Shown here piece after piece: positions 1-10,830 of a DNA stretch of 64,000 bases. Origin of the DNA: Podarcis tiliguerta (lineage: Eukaryota). The first letter of the stretch is position 1; each line of letters opens with the position of its first letter. Both the position numbers and the translations under genes were made by a program. The notes under the pieces are model-generated. The model had not been told where the DNA came from and searched no databases. It was given only the letters and a program-made list of their open reading frames with translations. The DNA lies in assembly GCA_965153285.1 (NCBI GenBank), contig OZ229111.1. One strand, written 5' to 3'.

Positions 1-278
1 TGGGTGGGGCTGGGATGGGGTAGGATGCATGAAGGTGTGAGAAGATCAGGGAACAAGGACTGTGAGTATATATGGGAGAGTGATGGATAGGTTGTGTGGG
101 AGAACTTTGCAAGCGACTGAACCAAGGACTTGGCTGTAGACTTTAATATAGCAAAGACTTTGAAGCAAAGAACCCTCTCTGAGCTCAGACAGAGAAGACT
201 ACTTGTAACATCTGTAAATAACGTGTGTATATACTGTTGTATGTTGGTGTTGGCCTAGTAAAGATAACTCTGCCAACA
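1..278 (+). mobile_element. possible 3' part of an LTR-like repeat running off the window start
   Basis: Purine-rich start, TATA-like tatata near 67, ends in ...tgccAACA like an LTR right terminus. The left end and TSD are not visible. Confidence 0.25.
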
Positions 279-813
279 GCTGTTTTCTTGGTGAGCTTAA
301 CCCCTTGACTGAGCTTCCTGCAGTGCATACAATCAACAATCCCAACAATCTCCACTTCTTGAAATATATGAAATAATTATCAAGGTAGGACTTGAAAACT
401 TCAGACTTTACAAACAAACTCAGTAAGGCCACAGCACTGACCACAGCTAAGCCTCCTTTATTTGGCATTAAAAAGCTGACACTCAGTAACATTAGGATCA
501 AGCTCTACTTTTTAACATTTTAGAAAGGCCAGTTATTTGCAGCAAATATAATCAATCTCTTAGATATCAAGACCACAGCTTATAGTGCTGGTATGGTTTA
601 TCGTAGGATTTTTATTTTAAATAACTTTAGGCTGCTTTTTAGGGGAAAAGCCTATTCAAAGCAGCTTACAAATTAAAAAATACAATACAATCCCAATTGA
701 ACAACATGCTTAATAAAATCCAGTTAAATTATAACACCCACACAACAACACATATTTAATAGCTCATATACGGATTAAAAAACATAAGCATACTCTCTTT
801 TCCTCCCTGAAAT

Positions 814-836
814 AGACACAGACACAGACACAGACA

Positions 837-887
<51 letters not shown>
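814..887. repeat. compound microsatellite (AGACAC)n-(AC)n-(AG)n
   Basis: Directly visible. Confidence 0.95.
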
Positions 888-890
<3 letters not shown>

Positions 891-1716
891 ATACTAAATA
901 TTCAGTCTTTTGAAAAAGATGACATAATGACAGTAAAGGGAGAGGTAATAAACCTAACAGAGTATAAGTAATTATAGTCCCAGCAGTTTATATAGTAAAA
1001 ATGCCAGACAGGGAGACAACTGGTGTCCTTATGTGTTAAAGGAACTTGGCTGTAGACTTTAATATATATACACATTCAAACTTTGTGGGCGACCACTGAA
1101 TTGTTGCTAAATGTCTCCAAGGAGCTCAGATTCAGAAGCAAACTAATAGTTTGTGACCTCCCCCCCTAAAATGCCAGTTATACTTAGAACCGTTGTTTAA
1201 ATTTTTATAGCACTAGAATAAAACCCATGGTCATGTTATCATAGTAATGAATAATTGACCAGGAACCGTATTTTTCAGCTTGTTATTGTTCATAGAAATT
1301 GGGGGGTGGGGAGAGGGAATCACTATTACTGATTTACACAGGAAGTCTGTACCTTTGAGGCCCAGTCCTGCAGATACTTGCTTCAAAGATTTAATATGGT
1401 TGAATGATTTGGAATGCTAGCCCTGAGCATTTCGAAACCACCCCCAGAAATATGAAGCATTGATTGCAAATATGGATCTTTGGTTAAAATTTTTGCCTGA
1501 GGCTGTGTCTCCACTAGCATACCTCCAATACAATCCTCCGTATTTTATTTCTCTGTTGTCCCAAAATAGCCTGGTTTGAAGAATGTGTGAAAGGCCATGC
1601 ATTTCTTCTGCCTACAAAACAATGTCTCCTCCTCCCATAGTATGTAGGCCTTTCATTCCACTTGTCAATGGACTCAAGCGTTGTTGTTTTTAGAGAGAGA
1701 AGGAACATACACCCAT

Positions 1717-2070
1717 CAGAACATAGAACAAGCCTGCTGGTTCAGGGCAATAGCCTACCTAGTCCAGCATCCTGGTTTCTCATTGGCCAACAGATGCCTG
1801 TATGAAGCCCACAAGTCAGACATAAGTACCATAGCACTCAGCCCACCTGCGACTCTCAACATACAGTCTCTGACAGTGGAGGTAGAACACAGCTGTTGTG
1901 GCTGGAAGTCATTGATAGCCATTTCCTCCATGAATTTGTCCAGTCCTCTTTTAAAGCCATCTACGTTAATGGCCATCGCTGCCTCCCACGGAAACCAGTT
2001 CCATAGTTTGACTATGTACTGCATGAAGAAGCACTTTTTTGTCTTGAACCATCAGCTTCATTGGATGTCT
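1717..2070 (-). mobile_element. CR1 LINE 3' fragment (ORF2 C-terminus + 3'UTR)
   Basis: The minus frame gives IVKLWNWFPWEAAMAINVDGFKRGLDKFM, the CR1 ORF2 terminal motif W-N-x-L/F-P...FK-x-x-LD. It is followed by the squamate CR1 3'UTR (ggatgctggactag...ccagcaggct...ttctatgttct). Confidence 0.85.
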
Positions 2071-2641
2071 ACCCACACAAGATTAAAAGTTTCATGGAGA
2101 AAATGTCACTGTTGTGTGTCCACTAGTCCCTTTCCCTATCCCTTCACCTCCATCCTTCAGCAGGGTTAGCCAAGATGTCTCCATCCTCATCTTGCTGAAC
2201 GACAATTCCCATCTTCCCTGACCATTTGCCATTCTTCCTGAGGGCAACATCTGGAGGGCACCACATTGGCTACTCCTGTCCTGTAGTAAGCCAGACTCCA
2301 GGAGCCAAAGGAAACTGGGTCAGTGGTGGAATGGGGAGGAAAGTGCAGCACCTGCATTTCCTTAATAATATGTGAAAGCAGCTAAGGATATCTGGTGAGA
2401 ACCACATTGAAACTTGCTCATGTGGGTAAGTATAAAGTGATGGCAAAGATTAGTCAAGGCACATTTTAGCCAAGTCACTGTAACCCTGCAATTCTAAGTA
2501 GGTTTCCTCCCTTGTAAATCCGATATGGACTGGAGTCTGAATTTCAAGTTCTACTAAATCCATACACATCTACTTCATTATAAGATCTGTGTTACAATCC
2601 TGATTTATAAGAGCTAAACTATATACAGTTTACCTTATATA

Positions 2642-2881
2642 CAGGTACCTCAGGTTACATATGCTTCAGGTTACATACACTTCAGATTACATACTCCGCT
2701 AACCCAGAAATAGTACTTCAGGTTAAGAACTTTGCTTCAGGTTGAAAACAGAAATTGTGCTCTGGCGGTGCAGCAGCAGCAGGAGGCCCCGTTAGCTAAA
2801 ATGGTGCTTCAGGTTAAGAACAGTTTCAGGTTAAGAACGGACCTCTGGAACGAATTAAGTACTTAATCCCAGGTACCACTG
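2642..2881 (+). mobile_element. non-autonomous Tc1/mariner (Tigger-like) MITE
   Basis: TA flanks, termini cag..gtacctc / aggtaccactg, internal repeats of ttcaggtta. Same family as 7391-7632, 7635-7859 and 54847-55088. Confidence 0.8.
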
Positions 2882-2906
2882 TATTACATGCAAATACAAG
2901 TAACCT

Positions 2907-3270
2907 GGGATGCGAGTGGCACTGGTCTAAAACACTGAGCCTAGGGCTTGCTGATCGGAAGGTCAGTGGTTTGAATCCCCGCGATGGGGTGAGCTCCCAT
3001 TGCTTGGTCCCAGCTCCTGCCAACCTAGCAGTTCGAAAGCACGTCAAAAGTGTAAGTAGAAAAATAGGTACCGCTCTGGCAGGAAGGTAAATGGTGTTTC
3101 CATGCACTGCTCTGGTTTGCCAGAAGAGGCTTAGTCATGCTGGCCACATGACCCGGAAAAACTGTCTGCGGACAAACGTTGGCTCCCTTGGCCAGTAAAG
3201 CGAGATGAGCCCTGCAACCCCAGAGTTTTTCGTGACTGGACCTAAGGTCAGGGGTCCTTTACCCTTTTTT
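2907..3270 (+). mobile_element. Sauria SINE (Squam1)
   Basis: tRNA-like head with B box (ggtttgaatccc), diagnostic core cctgccaacctagcagttcgaaagcacgtc, Bov-B-like 3' end and acctt-type tail. Confidence 0.92.
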
Positions 3271-3479
3271 TATGGCTGGAGGAACCTTTTTGTTGTTTTA
3301 AAAGCCGTTTTGGCATATTACAATTGATAGAACAGAGGTGGTTAGGAAGGGCTTCTTCTTTTCCCCCCTGACCTGCCATTGCTTTGTTCCAAATTGTTTT
3401 TTCCCAACGGCATGTAGGGCTAAACTCTTTGGAATTTGTAATGCTACTCTTAGAATGATACTACAAAAAGCAGTAGTAA

Positions 3480-3652
3480 TGCAGCAATGTTTCCTAATTC
3501 CAGTTGCCAAAAGCCACAGGACAGGAGACTATAGTTGTGCCTGGGTCCTGCTTGCTGGTTTCCCACACACATTTGGTTGGCCACTGTGAGAACAGGATGC
3601 TGGACTAGGTGGGCCACCGGCCTGATCTGGCAGGCATTTCTTGCGTTTTTAT
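3480..3652 (+). mobile_element. CR1 LINE 3'UTR fragment
   Basis: ttggttggccactgtgagaacaggatgctggactag...ggcctgatc matches the other CR1 3' ends in the window. Confidence 0.75.
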
Positions 3653-4585
3653 AAATTTCAAGTGAAACCAAACCCCCTTGATTGCTTTGGAACAAGTGGG
3701 GGAAATGGTGAGTAGGTAAAAAGTTATTGTAAATATTTCTCCCTGACTTCACCACTATCAATTGCACCTTCTTGAAGGGTATTTTAAGGAAAAAAGAGCC
3801 ATCAGGCAACAGACTTGTTTGCTACATATTTTCAGAATCTTGGATCACCTTAATGCTTTGGTTTATGTTCTCTGGTTTTTACAAAATTATAAGACACTCT
3901 TCAAAGCCATCAAAGTTTAAGCCATTTGTGAAATGTAAATCTCGCAGTCTTTACACACAAATATGCACCGCATTCCTTTTGTTTCTCCAGCATCCTCTAA
4001 ACAAAATCTAGCTCCCTTTTATATACACTAGAAGTAGAGTAATATGTGCATGTAAAGTGTTAGTTTCCCCGAGTCTATATTAAATTAAATATTTACTTAG
4101 GAAGCACTGTGTCATTTATTATTTATCTCACTCAATTGTGGGATTTATTAAAAAATTGATAAAAACGGCTAGTGGCATCAACCTACAGGTGTTGAAGTGA
4201 GCTCCCAGGCCAAGCCAATTATGAGACCAACAAGCCTATAGTTACTGTGAATTTGAATTTAGCAGTGGATGATATGTGAAAAATAACTTGCATGGGGGGG
4301 CAAGGACACCAGCATGTTTATAGAACTCACTTTGTGGATTTTCCTTTTGTCTGATATTTGCCAGACCTTTCTACTCATATCTGCCCTTTTTCTCTACTTG
4401 ACTTCTCATTTATTTCAATGAGAAATACTGAGAATTCCAGCACTGGAGTCTGGTCATTTTTCCTCTTAGTATTTTTAAAGGTATTTTAGTGGCGTTCATG
4501 CTTTCAGAGGTCACCATGACTGCACAATGATAAGACCTAAACCACCACAAGCCCAGGTTCCATTTCCAGGTTCCCTATCCTCGTG

Positions 4586-5019
4586 TGTCAGGGAACTGCC
4601 ATGGGAGCCAGAGGGAGAGGGAGGGCTCCAGAGGGATTCCGGAGAGCATTCCGGGAGGGAGAGAAGCAGCACATCTTCTGGGGAAGGAAATCAGCGTAGC
4701 ACCAGTGGAGGAGGGGGGCAGATGGGGGAATCGGCGAGGTGGCTCCAAGATTCCTCGCCGGGGACCAGCGGGGAGAGCACGGGTCTTCCAATGCCCACAC
4801 CCTCCCTGCGCAGAAGGCTTCCATGCAGGGAGAGTAGGCGAAGACTAGGCGTCAAAAAACTTTTATGCTGGAAGAAGTTCAAGAAACGCCCACTGACGGA
4901 TTCTGCCAGTGATTGAGACAGCCACGGGTGAGTGGCTGTCCAGACAGAAAGGGTTCACTCAGGCAACCCACCGAGGTGTGGCGCCGGTTTACGCACGAGC
5001 AGCCCCTAGAACCATTACA
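4586..5019 (+). mobile_element. solo LTR (434 bp), probably Gypsy-type
   Basis: TGTCA...TTACA termini and perfect 5-bp TSD TCGTG (4581-4585 / 5020-5024). It is a GC-rich island in AT-rich DNA with an open frame 4587-4916. Confidence 0.85.
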
Positions 5020-5455
5020 TCGTGTTTGTTTCTGTGGCTTGTATCCACCTGGATGCTTTCTAGTGATGGGTCTGAGCAGTTTTGCCTTTGCCTCCCCCCC
5101 CCAAAAAAAACACACTCTTTAGCACTAAATCAAAATGAATGACAATCCACGGAAAACTCAATTGCTTTTTGTTCAGCGGTAAAGATTGGGTTTCCCCAGG
5201 GAAAGCGATGGAGCAAATGGACACCTGGATAAGCCCTTAGTCATGTTCATTCATTTCAGTTAGTCTACTCTGAGTAAATCTTAGTTGGCTGCCATCCAAT
5301 GAGCACAAAATGCTAGTGGTTGTATCCAGCTAAGTCCTAATCAGGGTAGACCCATTGAAATGAATGAACTTATTTTAGTTCTGCTCATTTATTTCATTGG
5401 GTCTGTTCTGAGCAGGACCAGCATTGACTGTAGCCCTTTGACTATGCATAATGGA

Positions 5456-5811
5456 GGGACGCAGGTGGCGCTGTGGGTTAAACCACAGAGCCTAGGACTT
5501 GCTGATCAGAAGGTCAGCGGTTCGAATCCCCGTAATGGGGTGAGCTCCCGTTGCTCGGTCCCAGCTCCTGCCAACCTAGCAGTTTGAAAGCACGTCAAAG
5601 TGCAAGTAGATAAATAGGTACCACTCCAGCGGGAAGGTAAACGGCGTTTCCGTGCACTGCTCTAGTTCACCAGAAGCGGCTTAGTCCTGCTGGCCACATG
5701 ACCCGGAAGCTGTATGCCGGCTCCCTTGGCCGATAAAGCGAGATTAGTGCCGCAACCCCAGAGTCGGTCACGACTGGACCTAATGGTCAGGGGTCCCTTT
5801 ACCTTTACCTT
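5456..5811 (+). mobile_element. Sauria SINE (Squam1), full length
   Basis: gggacgcaggtggcgctgtgg head, B box ggttcgaatccc, (ACCTTT)n tail, 13-bp TSD tatgcataatgga / tatgtgtaatgga. Confidence 0.95.
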
Positions 5812-7390
5812 TATGTGTAATGGACAGGGCAGAGGAATCTTCCCCACCCAACCATCTAATCCAACACCAGATGACACATCCCTAATCCCTAGAAGTGAAG
5901 ACCTGCTGCCATCTTCAACATCTGCTCTGTTTTAAGCTCTTTCCATAGCCTTCCAGTCAGCCCTTTCCATTATAACTAGGCCATAGATAATGGGCCTCAG
6001 TCATCTTGGGATGAAGGGAGGACATTTGGTTTTCTGAAATTATGGCAAATTACTAGGGTAAAGCCCTCAACGTGCAGGTAAACCTTATTATCCAAACACT
6101 CATTAGTCAAATCCCAATTAGTTCTTGCTCAAGGTACAAATTTTGGTTAAAAATGTAAATCGGTTGCAGAGCAAAAACATGCTAATGCTACAAATCAACA
6201 CTGTCAACTGAAACACATACTCTATCGGTTAGCATTGGGCTTAAGCCTCCCACCATGCTAGAATGGAAAATTGAAAGGAAGACAAGAGACCCAGTAATTC
6301 AAATGACACAAGTAGCCCTTACTTGCTTTGCTGATGAAAAGGGGAAATCTGAAATGTGGAAACTGAGCAACCTCAGCAGAACGAAAGAGCCACCTTCACC
6401 CAATATAAGGCCTGCAATTTGCACATGCATGCAATGAAATGCCCTATGGGCAAACTATCTTAATTCATTTCATTATTAGAGCATCCCTCAAATGTCAGCT
6501 TCTGGCTTTATCGCCAAGGTTTCTCATAGCAACGAGGTGACTTCCATTCCAAAATAGGGCTCCCATTAACAGCAAAGTTCTTTTGTGAAGTCACCAGACA
6601 AGAGGAGGTAGTATTTTATTAGAAGAAAGCATATGTCAAAAAGATGAAAAGGGGAGTTCATCATTAAATGAAAATGTCCATCCTCAAGCTGCTGCTTCAT
6701 ACTTCGGCTCTGAGAACTTTGTTTGCTTCAGCATAAAACTTTGCTCTTCGTGTTGTTTGCTTTGTCTGGATCTCAGGAAAGCTGGAGCAAAGAATTATAT
6801 TTCATTGTGGCGCGGATATGGAAAAGAGTGATTATTTCATGTTGTAAATCCACAGCAGTGCCACAATTATGAATACCAGCAATCAAACATTAATGCTGTT
6901 AACATTAGAACAGCAATAATAGTTTTACAACTGCACATAAAGAGCTTTTACCCTGTATTAAGTAGCACAGATGGTATGTGACAGTCTCTCATTTTACTTT
7001 CTTCCTGAGTCTAGGTATGAAATCAACATATTAAATATTACAGATGCTCCTGGTGTGCTTTTGTGCTGCAGGTTTTATGAGCATAAGGGAAGCAGAAACA
7101 TAACACACAATGGGCTGTCCCAAGACGTTTTTCTACCTGAGGAGCAGAACAAGATGGCGCTTCCCTGCATTCCATGTACAGAAGCTGACCAGACCAGTAG
7201 TTGAATCTTCAGCAGTAGCAGTGCCGCAGAGCCCTCTATTGCGTCTCAGGGCAGCATGCTTGCTTAGGGGGCACAGGGTAGACAATGTGGTATACACAGC
7301 TCTGTCTAATTCCTGTCCTTCAGCATTTGCTGCCAGTGTTGTCTGCCTCACTCTGCCTCATGTTGGTGCCGACCCTTTCAGTTGTAAGTA

Positions 7391-7632
7391 CAGTGGCACC
7401 TTGGATTAAGAACTTAATTCATTCTGGAGGTCCGTTCTTAACCTGAAACTGTTCTTAACCTGAGGTACCCCTTTAGCTAATGTGGCCTCCCGCTGCCGTC
7501 ACACTGCCACCGCACGATTTCTGTTCTCATCCTGAAGCAAAGTTCTTAACTCGAGGTACTATTTCTGGGTTAGCAGAGTCTGTAACCTGAAGCATCTGTA
7601 ACCTGAAGCATCTGTAACCCGAAGTACCACTG
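7391..7632 (-). mobile_element. Tc1/mariner-type MITE
   Basis: TA|cagtggcacc ... gtaccactg|TA; reverse complement of the 2642 family. Confidence 0.85.
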
Positions 7633-7634
7633 TA

Positions 7635-7859
7635 CAGTGGTACCTCGGGTTGCAAACACTTCGGGTTACAAACTCCGCTAACCCAGAAGTAGTACCTCGG
7701 GTTGCGAACTTTGCTCCAGGAAGATAACAGCAATCGTTCGCCAGCGACACAGTGGCAGCGGGAGGCCCCATTAGTGAAAGCGCGCCTCAGGTTAAAAACG
7801 GTTTTGGGTTAAGAATGGACCTCCGCAATGAATTAAGTTCGTAACCCGAGGTACCACTG
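7635..7859 (+). mobile_element. Tc1/mariner-type MITE
   Basis: TIR cagtggtacctcgggtt / aacccgaggtaccactg with TA flanks. It shares the TA at 7633-7634 with the preceding copy. Confidence 0.88.
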
Positions 7860-7882
7860 TATTGTTTTATGTTGCATACAGC

Positions 7883-8393
7883 GGACCCTTCAAATGTCCC
7901 ATTTAATCAGGACATTCCGAATTTACAGAAGCTGGCCCGCCTTCTGAACTCAATCCAGGATGCCCCAATTTTCCCCAAAGCCGCTCCAGCCCACGCCTCA
8001 TCTCCCGACATGGCACGGGCTGGGGTGACCGTCCCGGAGAGCTGCTTTAGGCCTCACACCATTTCTGGCAGCAGCAAGGCCTCGTGGTGGCAAGGCATTA
8101 CGCAGAATTCCAGGGGGCACTCTAGCCTTCACACCATTTCTGGAGAAACGGGTGGCCTAGGGTGACTGGACCGAAAGTGTGCTGGCCTCTGCTGCATCGA
8201 GAGAAGTGATGTGACCTGCCGGAAGGCTATGCTGGTGTCCGTCTCATCCCTGGACTCTGTGCAGGAGGACGAAGACTACCAAGGTATTGGGGGATGGGCA
8301 GGTGGGCAGGCGAGGAAGGAGTCAGCGGCAGGAAGGAGCAAGGGACGCAGTAGGGGGTGCCCCAAATTGCCTTCCCAAAATGTTGGAAGGATG
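7883..8393 (-). mobile_element. non-autonomous hAT-like DNA element
   Basis: 8-bp TSD catacagc (7875-7882) / catacagt (8394-8401). Ends are homologous to those of 51200-51531, with subterminal ggaca/tgtcc repeats. Confidence 0.65.
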
Positions 8394-8618
8394 CATACAG
8401 TAGGAAGCCACATATCACATTTAACATCTCCAATACATTGAAGCCACATTTAACATATTCAAATCTATCAGATGCAGCTGGTTTATTATTGTTTTATCAG
8501 ATGTGGCTTAATATTGACTTTTACCAACTGAGATCATTAAGCATTTTTCATAGGAAATGCTCAATGTGGCAAGAAATATTTTGAGACATGGATTAGTACA
8601 TTTATCTCCTTCAGTATA

Positions 8619-8865
8619 CGGCCATACCTCGTGTTGCGTTTGCTTCACGTTTTGGCTTTTCAGGTTACAAACGTGGCAAATCCTGAAGTGTTTACTTCTG
8701 GGTTCATTGCGCGCGCGCACACAGAAGCAGTCTGTGAGCTTTGCACATGCACAGAAGCGCTCTATCATGCTTCGCGCATGCGCAGTGGTGGCACTCTACT
8801 TACAGATTTTCGGGGTGCGAACGGCACCCCAAAATTGACTGTGTTTGTAAGTAGAAGTACCACTG
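8619..8865 (+). mobile_element. Tc1/mariner-type MITE (second subfamily, gcgcatgcgcagaag repeats)
   Basis: TA flanks and right end gtaccactg|TA. The interior is similar to 24680-24959 and 50279-50453. Confidence 0.75.
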
Positions 8866-10149
8866 TACTATGCACAGTCTAATGAATGCTAGCACTAGGT
8901 CCCCACCCACAAGGCAACTTAGACGGCTTGCATACACACACAGAGCTATCAGGCTTCTGGGTGTGATGCTGAGATACATGTTCAAAACCGTACACCTGTT
9001 GCTGTGAAAGGAGAAATCAGGGCAGGGCATATTGGAAAAGAGGGTTCAGAAAGTACAGCTGCATTTCTGTATCTAAGGAACAGCATGGCAATGAAATGTA
9101 TACAAACCATGTACATTATCTGAATCTGAATGTTTTAAAAAGTAGTTTCCTCGAATGCTTTCTTGGTTTTTGTGTCGCTTAATTTGTAACTCATTCCTGT
9201 TTGTCACAACACCTAGAGGGGGAAAGTTACTCTATTGAACTGGAAACTCTGCATTCCACAGTCTGTAACCAAGTGGGGAAAGGCATTTGAATCTATTGAC
9301 TGCAACTTGTGATCATTCAACCATTTAGACCAAAAATTACTTCCCAAAAGCCATTAATGCTAAAAATGGCTGTTTCTATCCTGATCAATGGGACATTTCC
9401 TTGGAAGATCAGATTGGCAAGTATGGGTGTTTATTATTACTATTATTTCACATATTTTGAATGCTGGTTGACTGCAGTTCAGAAATGTCACACCTCTGGA
9501 GATTGGAAATTACACCCCATTATTACCTACATAAAATATATTCTGCCCATACTGAAGAAAGATAAAAAGGCATGGCTTTTCCATATGTGTTTCCTATTCT
9601 CTAATCACACTAGATGAAAAATAAAAATAAAAATGGGACTCTGATTTCATTAAATTCTAATTTTGCATCAGAATGTTTCTGATTCCTGATTCTTTTAAAG
9701 TTTGTTCTAACTTTGCCTGAAATTTAATTTCGTTCCTTATTTTCCATGCTGCACCTTACACAGAAGCAAGTGATTGATACTAAGCATTTTTTACCTCTAA
9801 GTGTTGTCTTTAATGGGATTGTTTATGATTTTTGTATTGCTGTCCACTGCCCTGATATTTTATGAGGGGGTGGTTTATAAACATTTAAATAAATAAATAA
9901 TTTCTGTATATAACTGCACATGACAACCAACTTAGGGATACTTGATTTTATCTGTTATGTTCCATCGTCTAATATGTTCACTATTAAGGACCAACTATAT
10001 TTTACTTTTAATCACTGGAACTTAAGGCACAAAGGGTGAGGAAGAAATGCCATAGTTGTAGAGCCTCAAAAACGCTTTCAAGGCACTTTCACTGTAGGAA
10101 ATGTAACAATTCCTCTCCGGAGTTGTACAGTTTCAAGCAGAAGAAACTG

Positions 10150-10440
10150 TACTGAAACTTTAAGAAAGCCTCAATGGATCAAAGGTCCATCTAGTGGGAA
10201 TTTGGCCAGTTTGATGCCTCCATGGCATAATGGCAAAAGAGGTCCATCCTGTTTGCTTTCTGGTGCCTGATATTTAGAGGCATACTTTCTCTAAACCTGA
10301 ACATTTTGAGGCCCTCAGTTCCATCAGTTTATTATGCATAGTTTGAAGAAGTATATTTATCACCTAAATCAACTGAGGTCACTTTCATTAGATGGCAATG
10401 AGTTCTAGTATTAAGAATAAGGAAAGAAACATGTTTTTCC
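10150..10440 (-). mobile_element. degraded CR1 3' fragment
   Basis: taagaaagcc...ggatcaaaggtccatctagt resembles the CR1 3' end; boundaries approximate. Confidence 0.45.
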
Positions 10441-10699
10441 AGTATATCCACACCGTTCATAATTCTTGCATAAAATCAGCTGATCATCAGAGTTTGCATA
10501 GTGTGTGCATGGTTTTCTGCATGTCCTGATAGCTGCTAGGGCTTCCATGCACAGCACTATGCAAAAATGGGTCATCTGACATCACTGTGATGTCAGGTGA
10601 TTGGAAAATGGGTGACTCTACACACCTGTCAAACTTGGCCTACAAAGTCAGTGGCGGGGGGCGCTAAAGAACCCGCTGGATTCCCAACCCTGCCTTGAG

Positions 10700-10830
10700 T
10701 GTCATCATTCTTTTTTCTAAGCACCACAACCTAAGCTCTTTAGCTTTTGATATAGACAACTGCTTGGTCATTTTAGATGTTCTTTTCTGTACTTTAAGGA
10801 CATCCTTTCTCAGGTGGAACAACATTATGC
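10700..10830 (-). mobile_element. degraded CR1 ORF2 fragment
   Basis: The minus frame HLRKDVLKVQKRTSKM...LRLWCLEKR resembles the CR1 motif P-x-x-K-K-D-x-x-x-LE-x-VQ-R-R-A-T-K-M...L-F-S-LEKRR. Confidence 0.55.

Noticed and set aside
2650-2835. CRISPR-like spaced repeats (ttcaggtta)
   Set aside because: This is eukaryotic DNA, and these are irregular subterminal repeats of a mariner MITE.
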